64,000 nt of DNA from Macrostomum lignano (taxonomy: Eukaryota): assembly GCA_002269645.1 (NCBI GenBank), contig NIVC01000651.1, positions 24,460 through 88,459 on the forward strand, read 5' to 3'. A program made the translations under genes and the position numbers. This document shows positions 22,997 to 34,200 of the stretch, piece by piece (within the stretch, counting starts at the first letter, position 1; each line of letters starts with the position of its first letter). The notes under the pieces were generated by a model that saw only the letters and a program-made list of their open reading frames with translations, made no database searches and was not told the origin of the DNA.

Positions 22997-23473
22997 GGGT
23001 CGCTTCACAAGCTCGAAATTTCGCAACCTCGAAAACTTCCTTTCACAAACCCGAAACTCCATAAGCTCGAAATTTCACAACCTCGAAATTTCACAACCTC
23101 GAAAACCATTTTAGCAGCCACTTTCACAAACCCGAAACTTCATAAGCTCGAAATTTCATATCCTCGAAAATTTTAGCAAGCGACTTCACTAGCTCGAAAT
23201 TTCACAAGCTCGAAAACCATTTTAGCAGCCGACTTCACAAGCTCGAAAACCATTTTAGCAGCCGACTTCACAAGCTCGAAAATTTTAGCAGCCGACTTCA
23301 CAAGCGAGGTTGTTTCGAGGTTTGTGAAAGTGGCTGCTAAAATGGTTTTCGAGCTTGTGAAATTTCGAGCTTGTGAAATTTCGAGCTTATGAAATTTCGA
23401 GCTTATGAAATTTCGAGCTTATGAAAGTAACTGGTTTCGAGCTTGTGAAATTTCGAGCTTGTGAAAGCAACCC
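22997..23473. mobile_element. Foldback/Mutator-like MITE (477 bp) made of inverted arrays
   Basis: Left half has CTCGAAATTTCACAA repeats and right half has TTGTGAAATTTCGAG repeats. Ends are GGGTCGC-TTCACAAGCTCG and CGAGCTTGTGAAAGCAACCC. Flanks AATTCGTGG and AATTCGTGC form a 9-bp TSD (8/9). Confidence 0.72.
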
Positions 23474-23829
23474 AATTCGTGCATTCACAGTACTCCAGTG
23501 CATGTTGCGTTCAGAAGTGCTGACTGGGCCGCTGGCACATCAGAGCACCGCACTAGACCACCTAGGCCAGCCCCTGCCCCCCGAACTATATTCGAAAAGC
23601 GCACCAGATTACTGAAAATTTTTTCAAGAAATAACTGTTGAACCGAGTTCCAAGCCGCCAGTATTCATTCGCTCTCGTTTGTTTAATTAAATCATTTTGA
23701 CCCCACAGACCAATCGGGAACTGAAAACAATTGCAATCGGGTACTCGGGAAATGATGCTGTTGTCTGAAATATCGTCATGCGAGTTAAGTTTGCCACTTT
23801 GCCGGCTCATTTCCTCCGGGCATTCATCT

Positions 23830-25562
23830 TCATCCATAATAATGGCAGTGCGAATATTCGGTTTCCGAAGCTGCTGTGCTCGGAGTTGCAGTCTGGGCGA
23901 CAGTGCAGGTGCAGGCACGGTTGCGCGTCCTTTGTTTCCTGCCATGATTATAGCCACAATAGCTTTGATGCCAGCCATACCAGCTGCTCCAGGGGCTCCA
24001 CTGGCACCAGCCAATAAATCTGGTCTGCTGCTGCCAAGGCTTGGCCAGCGGACTCGGCACCGCTTCGATGAGGCAGCTGCAGTCTCTCCTCCTGCTGCGC
24101 TGCTGGTTCCTATTGCACCCTGTGAAGTTGCGGTGTTCGAATATCCGAAAATGTTAAACGGAAAATGTTACTATAGAAATATCTATAACATCGCGTCTCA
24201 CCCGAACTCCACAAGCTCCAGCCTTTCCAGGCGCACCAGCCGATGAACAGTTCATTCGCCGATGGGCCGTCGCATTTCGCTGCCGCCGCCTGCGGCTCCG
24301 GGCACTGGCACTGGCGGGTGCGCCGTTTTGATCCGACGTGACAGGCAGGCGTCCAGGCAGACCAGCCGCTCCAGGAGCACCAGCCGCCGCTTACTGGCAG
24401 GAATTTTGAGGGAAATAAAAGCCCGGAGCTGCAATAAATTTCCTCTGGATTTGTCAAGGAACCCGCTGGGGCCTCTAGCATCAAAATGGACAAAGACTCA
24501 CTCCGGCTGAGGAACCCGCTGGGGTCTGTGGCATCAAAATGGACAAAGACTCACTCCGGCTGAGGAACCCGCTGGGGTCTGTGGCATCAAAATGGACAAA
24601 AACTCACTCCGGATGAGGAACCCGCTTGGGTCTGTGACATCAAAATGGACAAAGACTCACTCCGGCTGAGGAACCCGCTGGGGTCTTTGACATCAAAATG
24701 GACAAAAACTCACTCCGGATGAGGAACCCGCTTGGGTCTGTGACATCAAAATGGACAAAGACTCACTCCGGCTGAGGAACCCGCTGGGGTCTTTGACATC
24801 AAAATGGACAAAGACTCACTCCGGCTGAGGAACCCGCTGGGGTCTGTGGCATCAAAATGGACAAAGACTCACTCCGGCTGAGGAACCCGCTTGGGTCTGT
24901 GACATCAAAATGGACAAAGACTCACTCCGGCTGAGGAACCCGCTGGGGTCTGTGGCATCAAAATGGACAAAGACTCACTCCGGATGAAGAACCAGCTGGG
25001 GTCTGTGGCATCAAAATGGACAAAGACTCACTCCGGATGAAGAACCCGCTTGGGTCTTTGACATCAAAATGGACAAAGACTCACTCCGGCTGAGGAACCC
25101 GCTTGGGTCTGTGACATCAAAATGGACAAAGACTCACTCCGGCTGAGGAACCCGCTGGGGTCTGTGGCATCAAAATGGACAAAGACTCATTCCGGCTGAG
25201 GAACCCGCTGGGGTCTGTGATATCAAAATGGACAAAGACTCACTCCGGCGCCGGCTGGTCAGGGCCAAGACTCGACAGCCAGCTGGAAGAGCAGACGGGG
25301 CTCCTGCGGTGTCGCCCAGCAGCCGGCATTGGTCAGGCGAGCACCAGACAACGCCGAAGCAGGCCGAGCCCATCACCTCGCAGATGGCGGCGCATTCGAC
25401 TTCGGAACGGGCGTCAAGGATGGCAGTGGAGGAAGATGTTCCTGAAGCTGCTCCGTCACTTCCCCAGGCAGCCTGATCCGAGGTGTACATGTACTGGTCG
25501 GCGGCGAACGACAGAGATGTCAGCAGCAGCAGGACCCAGGCAGTCAGAGTAGCGAGGTACAT
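23830..25562 (-). CDS. Secreted protein, ~266 aa: signal peptide + PAN/apple-like domain + three TSP1-like repeats
   Basis: Exons 25244-25562, 24202-24393 and 23830-24119 (phases 1/1, 801 nt in total). Signal peptide MYLATLTAWVLLLLTSLSFAA; PAN-like SEVECAAICEVMGSACFGVVW...QCRL. Three WxxWxxW...C...RxRxC repeats (GGWCSWSGWSAW, IGWCAWKGWSLW, IGWCQWSPWSSW). Confidence 0.8.
24458..25250. repeat. 53-bp intronic minisatellite, 15 copies, each containing the 5' splice site
   Basis: CATCAAAATGGACAAAGACTCACTCCGGCTGAGGAACCCGCTGGGGTCTGTGG. The minus strand of each unit reads CCGGA|GTGAGT. Confidence 0.95.
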
Positions 25563-26329
25563 AACTTGGCTTTTTGCTGTTTCTTATTTTAGGTAAAAAT
25601 GTGCCGGCAGTCCGCCCTCCCTGCTCAATTTATACACGCTTTGTTTGAAAAAAAGCATTCCGGAATTGCCACGAAAACCAAGGAAATGTGAGTGAGTAAA
25701 GCAAAGCGACGAGTTAAGAAGACAGACAGCATGAAGCAAGCAGATTGCCTGACTCATGCATGTCGCTCATGGAAGCATTAGCGTGTCTCACTTTTATAAC
25801 CGTCACTCAAAGCTTGGCAGATAACTAATAAAAGCTAAATAGCTAATGCTAGCTGCAGTCACTCCAGTTTGAAAATGACAGCTTTTAAAATTCGGAATGC
25901 AATTTGCTTTTAAGATTTCTTCAAAATATTCCTCCCAGAGATAAACTCGCGGGGTGTTAAACTCAGACAATCCCACGTACGCTCGTATATTTGGGAAGAA
26001 TTCTGCTCAACTGATGCCCTACGAAACTCAAATAGGGGGCGGAAACTGGCAGACTTTCGCCTAAAGCAGAATTGGTGCAGTAGGGATTTCTGAGCTTTTC
26101 GGCACAAAATTCATTTTCTCACTTCGCGGACTTCCGAGCATGATAATTTTGCACTCCCGAATGTCAACACAATTGTTTTTCGATAATTGCAAAGTCGTAC
26201 AGCGGCCTTGAATGTGACTTGCTGGCAGCCGGTTCTCCATTACGGCTGCTGCAAGAACTGTCAAGGCGATCAAATCCCCTGTTCGCTGATAATGTCAGTC
26301 AGAATTTTGTATGCCTTATGACCTTCTAA

Positions 26330-26705
26330 CTCTTGTGCTTCAGAGCTGGTGTTTCAGAGCTGGTGTTTCAGAGGTGTTTCACAGCTTGTGTTTCAGAGCT
26401 TGTGCTGGTTCAGAGCTTGTGTTTCACAGCTTGTTTTTCAGGGCTTGTGTTTCATAGCTCTTGCTTCAGAGGTGTTTCAGAGCTTGTGTTTCAGAGCTTG
26501 TGTTTCAGAGCTTGTGTTTCGGGGGTTGTTTTCCAGAGGTTGTGTTTCAGAGGTTGTTTCACAGCTCGAGTGTTCAGAGCTTGTGTTTCAGAGGTTGTGT
26601 TTCAGAGGTTTTGTTTCAGAGCTTGTGTTTCAGAGGTTGTGTTTCAAAGATTGTGTTTCAGAATTTGTGTTTCAGAGTTTGTGCTTCAAAGCTTGTGTTT
26701 TAGAA
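26330..26705. repeat. 14-bp intergenic minisatellite
   Basis: TCAGAGCTTGTGTT and variants, about 25 degenerate copies. Confidence 0.9.
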
Positions 26706-27039
26706 TCTTTTTTTCTTTGATGTGCCTGTTTGCTTTTTTCTGCTCTAACTATCTGTAACAGCAAAGGTTGTTCTTTCTCCAACTTTGACTTGTGTTTTGG
26801 CCACGCAAGCGCGCTTTTGCCAGCACTTCTGCCGAGGCGCGTTTACGCCAGTTGCCTGCAATCAGTCTTGACTTACTTGACTCAGCTGCAGGGCTCCGGG
26901 CATCCGGATACAGCGGGGAAGGCGTCACCACCCATTCCGCTAACCACTGGCAGCTGGTGCTGCGCAGGGAGATCCGGTGGTGCCGGTGTCCGCAACGCGG
27001 TCCCCCTTCCCCCTCCAGAGTCCAGGAATAAATTGGTCG

Positions 27040-27330
27040 TTCGCCCGGTAGCCTTTAGGTAGCGGACAAGCTGCATGGCAGATTCTTGGGCCAAAAACGT
27101 CGGAGAGATCCGGGTAGGTGAGCCTGTCCTGAGTAAGGGCGGGGCATTAACAGATGAAGTGCTCCGCATTTTGGACACCAGATAGGCAGAATGGGCATTC
27201 CTCGCTACGGATCTTCCCTGGAGGTGGCGATGTCTGGCAAAACAGCCATGTCCTGAGAGGGCGCGCTAATGCGCGCGACGTTTATTCACTCTTCCCCAGA
27301 CACAGTAAGGCGCGAGTCCAAAATTCTGGC
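27040..27330 (-). pseudogene. Degenerate 3' end of a non-LTR retrotransposon ORF2 (C-terminal CCHC finger)
   Basis: Manual translation across frameshifts: RALSGHGCFARHRHLQGRS...EECPFCLSGVQNAEHFIC*CPALTQDRL...QLVRYLKATGR. This is the GH...CxxC...EH...CP pattern typical of RNase-H-bearing LINE ORF2 C-termini. Confidence 0.55.
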
Positions 27331-28339
27331 TGTGCGCGTCCAGACTCACTGGAAACCATGGTTGCATGCACAAAAGATTTCGCAATGCGTTGCCTGAAGC
27401 TGTCTAAAGCTTGTGGGCGAGGGCGTTGTCGTGATGAAGTACACCCCCGAGCTGGGAGTCCTTGGACGGCAACTGGAGAGAGCACTTCTGGCGCTGGCAG
27501 TAGTTGGCATAACAGTTGCCAGTGACTATGCGGTGCTGCACAAGTGGCGCGGTCGCTAGATGACCCGCTCTCGTCACAAAAACGGCCGACATCTGCGTTG
27601 CCACGCTGCGCTCTCGCTCAAAAATACGAGTATGTGATGAGAAAGGTTAAAAGCCCGGAGGCCACACATATTGTTGCGTATATGAATTAGAGCCTATTCT
27701 GCTTTTGAGGAGTTTCACGCCGTTTCAGGGGTGCACATTTGCCATTACTGAGCGGGAGTAGCGCCAGTTTTGCAGAGCGGCAACAATGGATTAGTAGAAC
27801 TAACCGAACTCACAAGTTAGTCAAACCAATCGTCATGGATTAGTAGAACTAACCGAACTCACAAGTTATTGTAGTCAAACAAATTCTAATCGACTTCAGA
27901 TTTGATCGAAACAGTAGATCAACATAATTATAATTTAGTTATGAATATATTTATCCACGATAATCTAGTTAAGATCTGGATTATAAGGAATGGTTGTTCT
28001 CAAATGTCACCAACACGTAGCCACGCACTGTACATGCAGAATCAAGAGAGGCTAGAAAGGCAGGTAAATTAACTACTGTGGACACAATGGATAATACTCT
28101 GCACTACATGACCCGCCAATAGCAAATTTGCTTTAAACGAAAAAGTCGAACTATTGCAGCCTCGGGAGCATAGCTGTCCCTTCTAGCTTATCGGGAACGT
28201 ATGAGCTCGCATTGAGATTTTGCCTGCATCAGGTGGCAGCGGCCCCCATCAGAGGATTAGATGAGGGCAGCGGCGCAGTGTGGTACGATTACCCAAGAGC
28301 ACAATGAGTAGCACCAGCTCTTCCCAATGCACTCTGGAG

Positions 28340-30566
28340 TCACTCGATAAACAGGATGCTGTGGAACTGCGCCTGGCAGAGCCGGGACACCTCCTCGGTG
28401 ACCAGGATGAGGTTGGCCGGCCGGAACTGAGTCACCAGGGCGAAGAAGTCGCGCCTGTCGAACTTCTTGGCCACCAGCCAGGCGTCGCCGGCGGTCTTGG
28501 CGACGGTCTCCGTGTCGACGAGGTCGCCGTGCCTGCAGTGGTCGGCGTGCACGTCGGCGCAGAGGCGCATGAGGTCCCGCTTGACTGCCAGCACGCCGGG
28601 CCGCTTGGAGCCCTCGGGCTGCACAAACACGGTGCTCTTCTGCGCCGAGTTCATGTGGTTGAAGTACAGGAAGCGGATGTGGCTGTCGGCGCCACCGCCG
28701 GAGCCGGAAGCAGCCGAGGCGGAGGCAGCGCTGGCCTCGCTGAGCTGCTGGCTGCAGGTCTGCACGGTGTCGCTGGCGTGGCGCATCAGCGGCTGCAGCA
28801 GACGGTCCAGCGCCAGGTACTGCTCGTACGTCACGGGGTCTCCGGCGTCCACAAACAGGCAGAGGCTGCTGCGGCCGGACCGGTACACCAGCATGTGGCA
28901 CTCGGCCAGCGAGCCGCCGTCCGGCCCCGTCAGGAACAGACGCGGCACTGAGCCCAGCTGGCTCGGGTCGTCAAGGTTGGGTGGCCCCGTGATGAAGCTG
29001 AAAAGTGAGTAGAAATGCCAAGCCAATTTTTGTCTCACTTTGAGCTCGGTAAAGCTTCTAGCCGATGACTCACCGTCCAAAGGCGCCAGAGCTGCCGATG
29101 CCCTTGTCCAGGTTTCTGAGGTCGTCCTCGGCGTGCCTGGGGAACAGGCTGTGCACCAGGTAGGCGTACACGCAGCGGGTGTCCGTGGGGTGCAGGGAGG
29201 TCCACACCAGCTGGTCGCTGTGCAGGTAGCAGGCAAAGCGCACCCGGGAGAAGGTGGCCTGCACCCGCTGCACCAAGCAGTGCACCTGCAGGAAGGCCCG
29301 CTTGCTCAGCGGCAGAAACGTGACGCCCCGGTAGACCTCTAGCAGCGTGGATTGGTAGATGGAGAAGCACGAATGGTTTGGGTCCGCCAGGTACCTGCAC
29401 GGCGGGTTGAGTGAGGATGGCCGAGGATTGAGTAAGCAGAAATGATGCGGGAGGAAAGGTGGAACTGAAAGCACAAGCGTTAGGGCTAAAACAAACTGCA
29501 GGCACAGACAGCACAACAGAACTGAAGAAGTGGTTGCAGAAACACACTGCAGACACAGACAGCACAGCAGAACTGAAGAAGTGGTTGCAGAAACACACTG
29601 CAGACACAGACAGCACAGCAGAACTGAAGAAGTGGTTGCAGAAACACACTGCAGACACAGACAGCACAGCAGAACTGAAGAAGTGGTTGCAGAAACACAC
29701 TGCAGACACAGACAGCACAGCAGAACTGAAGAAGTGGTTGCAGAAACACACTGCAGACACAGACAGCACAGCAGAACTGAAGAAGTGGTTGCAGAAACAC
29801 ACTGCAGACACAGACAGCACAGCAGAACTGAAGAAGTGGTTGCAGAAACACACTGCAGACACAGACAGCACAGCAGAACTGAAGAAGTGGTTGCAGAAAC
29901 ACACTGCAGACACAGACAGCACAGCAGAACTGAAGAAGTGGTTGCAGAAACACACTGCAGACACAGACAGCACAGCAGAACTGAAGAAGTGGTTGCAGAA
30001 ACACACTGCAGACACAGACAGCACAGCAGAACTGAAGAAGTGGTTGCAGAAACACACTGCAGACACAGACAGCACAACAGAACTGACCTGCTGAAGAAGT
30101 GGTTGCACTTCTGGCGCAGAATTTCCACGTTGCCCCGCTCAAGAGTCATAGCGATGGAGCCCTTGAACAGGCGGTACATCAGGTAGGCCTGGTGCAGCAG
30201 CTCATGGCAGACAACGTCCTGCACATTCTCTGCCAGGTACTCGGCGTCCTCCTTGGCCTCAGCTGCGGCCTGCTGCTGCAGGGGGATCTTGGGCACGGAG
30301 AAGCGCATGACAAACCAGTAGCCGGGCTCGGGCTGCAGGAACACCTGGCGGCTCTTCAGGGTGGTGAGGCAGCGGACCGGCTGGTCGCTGAAGTCGGCGG
30401 TGAAGCGAACCACCGCCTCGGCCAGGCCCACGCATTTCACCTGCAGGTTGAGCTCGGTGCTTGCCGGATAAAAGTACACAATTTTCTGGGCTTCCTCGCC
30501 CTCCCGAGTGCAGAGGCTGGGGCTGAAGATGAAGAACTGCTCGCACTGGGCCTCGCTGTCTTCCAT
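28340..30566 (-). CDS. CCZ1: Vacuolar fusion protein CCZ1 homologue (Mon1-Ccz1 Rab7 GEF subunit), ~485 aa
   Basis: Exons 30088-30566, 29074-29394 and 28340-28997 (1458 nt). Longin N-terminus FFIFSPSLCTREGEEAQKIVYFYP...QVKCVGLAEAVVRFT. GRFITGPPNL spans exons 2/3. C-terminus IRFLYFNHMNSAQKST...WLVAKKFDRRDFF...EEVSRLCQAQFHSILFIE. Confidence 0.92.
29505..30108. repeat. 51-bp intronic minisatellite (11 full copies) containing the last 17 nt of CCZ1 exon 1
   Basis: CTGAAGAAGTGGTTGCAGAAACACACTGCAGACACAGACAGCACAGCAGAA; CTGAAGAAG recurs at 29522 and 29573. Confidence 0.95.
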
Positions 30567-31272
30567 GCGGCCGGCGAAGCAGCAGCGGCAGAAGCGGGAC
30601 ATGAGTGAAATTTGCCAGATGGCCTACTGACGAAAGTAGTCTGTCTAGTGATTTACTGCTGCTACTATAGAAATCATTGATGAAAATACCGCCTGACCCT
30701 CTCTGTAAGTAGGTCATGTGCAAGCAGCCAATGGCACAGCCGCTTCAACTGGGTGCAGCCTATTCATCTGCATACTAACCACAGCCAACTCTGCTTAACT
30801 TGCAGCACTGACGGTGAATGCACTAATCCACTCGGCTACTGTGGTTGCTTCAACCTTTACCTCTTGGCTGGTAAGCAAGCATAGTAGTAACACTAAGTTA
30901 AATACAAGCTGGTGAATCACGGCAAATGAAGTGGAAAAGATATGCCTGCTTTAAATATCAATAATTTTAACAAGCGAGGCGAGCGAGCGACAAGCAGTTT
31001 ATGTTTAGAAAATTTAGCTTTAATTTACAGGCCAAAGTGCAGCTGAAATTTGTTGAAAACTAGAATGGAACGGTACATAATAAAAGCTTTAATACGCATA
31101 GAAATATACTATATAAGAAAGTACAAATATAATAAAAGTGCGTAAAATTGCTGCATCGAAGAGCTGAGCCAGACTGAAGTCAGCGGAGTTCAGTTAGAAA
31201 ATTGACAAACAAGCGAAACACATATGAACGAATGCAGCCCCTGCGTCACACCGGCTTCTGGACCCAATGACG

Positions 31273-34200
31273 TCACTTCCGGCTGCCGCCGCTGCGCTGA
31301 TGCTGATGGTGCCCGCCGGAGCGGGAGGCGGACTTCCGGGAAGCGGCCGAGCTGGGCGAGTCCTGCGACGAAGACTGAGCCAGCTGCTGGCCCGCCGAGG
31401 CGATCGACTTCTTGGGCGGCGGCGCAGCGGCGTCGGTGGAATGCGACGACGACGTCGACTGCTGCCTGCTGGCGCCCGGCGGCTTCTTGGCGCCCGACTG
31501 CAGAAACGGGTGCAGCTCGTCGGCCGGAGCGCCGGGCAGGTCGATGTCGTGCGTGCGCGTCTTGCGCCGCTTGGCGTCCGGACTGGCGCCGGAGCTGGCC
31601 GGGCGCTTCTTGTCCGGACTGGCGCCGGCCAGGGACTGATCGGACAGGGTCTGGTCCGCGTCGTCGATCTGCGGGTTGAGCGACGAATTCATAAAGTCAA
31701 ATCGCCTACTCATATGAGTAGTATAACTGAGCACGCATGAGCACTGCCATGGACTGGCAGGATCGCAACTCCCACACCTTCAGAATGCATACCTGCGTAC
31801 TAACCGCAGCCAAGTCTGCTTAACTCAGCCGAAAATCGATCCTCAAAACAAAACTCTGTAAGCCAAAGTTCACTAGGTGAGGAGATGGATTTCACTAACA
31901 GCGCTGAAAGTTAAGCAGAGTTGATCGTGGCTAGTACGCTGTCTGTGTCAGCCGTGACAAGTGACAAATTAAGCTAAGCTGCAAATGCTGCAGATTTCAC
32001 CTGCTGTGATTGGGCAGCAGCTCTAAGCTGCAGATTTCACCTACTGTGATTGGGCAGCAGCTCTAAGCTGCAGATTTCACCTACTGTGATTGGGCAGCAG
32101 CTCTAAGCTGCAGATTTCACCTACTGTGATTGGGCAGCAGCTCTAAGCTGCAGATTTCACCTACTGTGATTGGGCAGCAGCTCTAAGCTGTAGATTTCAC
32201 CTGCTGTGATTGGGCAGCAGCTCTAAGCTGCAGATTTCACCTACTGTGATTGGGCAGCAGCTCTAAGCTGCAGATTTCACCTGCTGTGATTGGGCAGCAG
32301 CTCTAAGCTGCAGATTTCACCTACTGTGATTGGGCAGCAGCTCTAAGCTGCAGATTTCACCTACTGTGATTGGGCAGCAGCTCTAAGCTGCAGATTTCAC
32401 CTACTGTGATTGGGCAGCAGCTCTAAGCTGCAGATTTCACCTACTGTGATTAGGCAGCAGCTCTAAGCTGTAGATTTCACCTGCTGTGATTGGGCAGCAG
32501 CTCTAAGCTGCAGATTTCACCTGCTGTGATTGGGTAGCAGCTCTAAGCTGCAGATTTCACCTGCTGTGATTGGGCAGCAGCTCTAAGCTGCAGATTTCAC
32601 CTACTGTGATTGGGCAGCAGCTCTAAGCTGCAGATTTCACCTGCTGTGATTGGGCAGCAGCTCTAAGCTGCAGATTTCACCTACTGTGATTGGGCAGCAG
32701 CTCTAAGCTGCAGATTTCACCTGCTGTGATTGGGCAGCAGCTCTAAGCTGTAGATTTCACCTGCTGTGATTGGGCAGCAGCTCTAAGCTGCAGATTTCAC
32801 CTACTGTGATTGGGCAGCAGCTCTAAGCTGCAGATTTCACCTACTGTGATTGGGCAGCAGCTCTAAGCTGCAGATTTCACCTGCTGTGATTGGGTAGCAG
32901 CTCTAAGCTGCAGATTTCACCTGCTGTGATTGGGCAGCAGCTCTAAGCTGCAGATTTCACCTGCTGTGATTGGGCAGCAGCTCTAAGCTGTACACAAAGC
33001 CCTCAGAGCTGCCACACTTGTGGCCATCTCGCAGCGGTTCCCGTATTATGCAGCGCATTACAAGTAAGCTGAGGCTGAGGCTATCATTCTGCTCAGCCAG
33101 TCCCCGCAGCGGCAAATCACCTCGGGTGCGACTGGCAGGAACAGCAGCATGTCCGGGTCCGCCTCCTCGTCCGAGCTGAGCAGCGCCTGCACCGGCTCGC
33201 AGCGCTCAACGTCCACCTCCTCGTCCGAATTGCTGGCAGACGGCACCGCAGCGGCCTTCGGCTCCGCGTCCTCGTCCGATAGGTCGAACTCGCTCTCGCG
33301 CTCCTCGTACTCGACGTTCTCGTCCAGCTCTTTGAAATCCGGTGCGAACGCGCTCCAGTTTTGCACCTGGGAGGAGGGCGGAGCGCAATTTAGTGTAAAG
33401 TATGACAAGTTAGCGAACTGGTTGCTGGGCTTGAGATAGCGACTGTGCCTGCTACCAGTGAGTCACTGCTTGCCGCTCCCAGCCCAGTGAGTCACTGCTT
33501 GCCGCTCCCAGCCCAGTGAGTCACTGCTTGCCGCTACCAGCCCAGTGAGTCACTGCTTGCCGCTCCCAGCCCAGTGAGTCACTGCTTGCCGCTACCAGCC
33601 CAGTGAGTCACTGCTTGCCGCTTCCAGCCCAGTGAGTCACTGCTTGCCGCTCCCAGCCCAGTGAGTCACTGCTTGCCGCTCCCAGCCCAGTGAGTCACTG
33701 CTTGCCGCTCCCAGCCCAGTGAGTCACTGCTTGCCGCTACCAGCCCAGTGAGTCACTGCTTGCCGCTCCCAGCCCAGTGAGTCACTGCTTGCCGCTACCA
33801 GCCCAGTGAGTCACTGCTTGCCGCTTCCAGCCCAGTGAGTCACTGCTTGCCGCTCCCAGCCCAGTGAGTCACTGCTTGCCGCTCCCAGCCCAGTGAGTCA
33901 CTGCTTGCCGCTCCCAGCCCAGTGAGTCACTGCTTGCCGCTCCCAGCCCAGTGAATCAGTCCAGGGGTTTGCAGAATGGGTGCCCGAGAGTGTGGATACA
34001 GTAAAAATGAGCGGCCGACCGCAGCGCACCTGGCTCTGGCTCCAAACGGTCACGAGCCCGTTAGAAATGGAGCAGATGATGGGCCGCAGCGGGTGCCACA
34101 CGACATCCAGCAGCGTCTCGCCCTTGGTGCCCTGCAGCATCTTGACCATGGCGCCGCCGATGCGGTCCCAGATGTAGATGGAGTGCGCCTTCATCGATCC

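Noticed and set aside
26333-26758. Cys/Phe-rich repeat ORFs
   Set aside because: Shadow of the 14-bp minisatellite.
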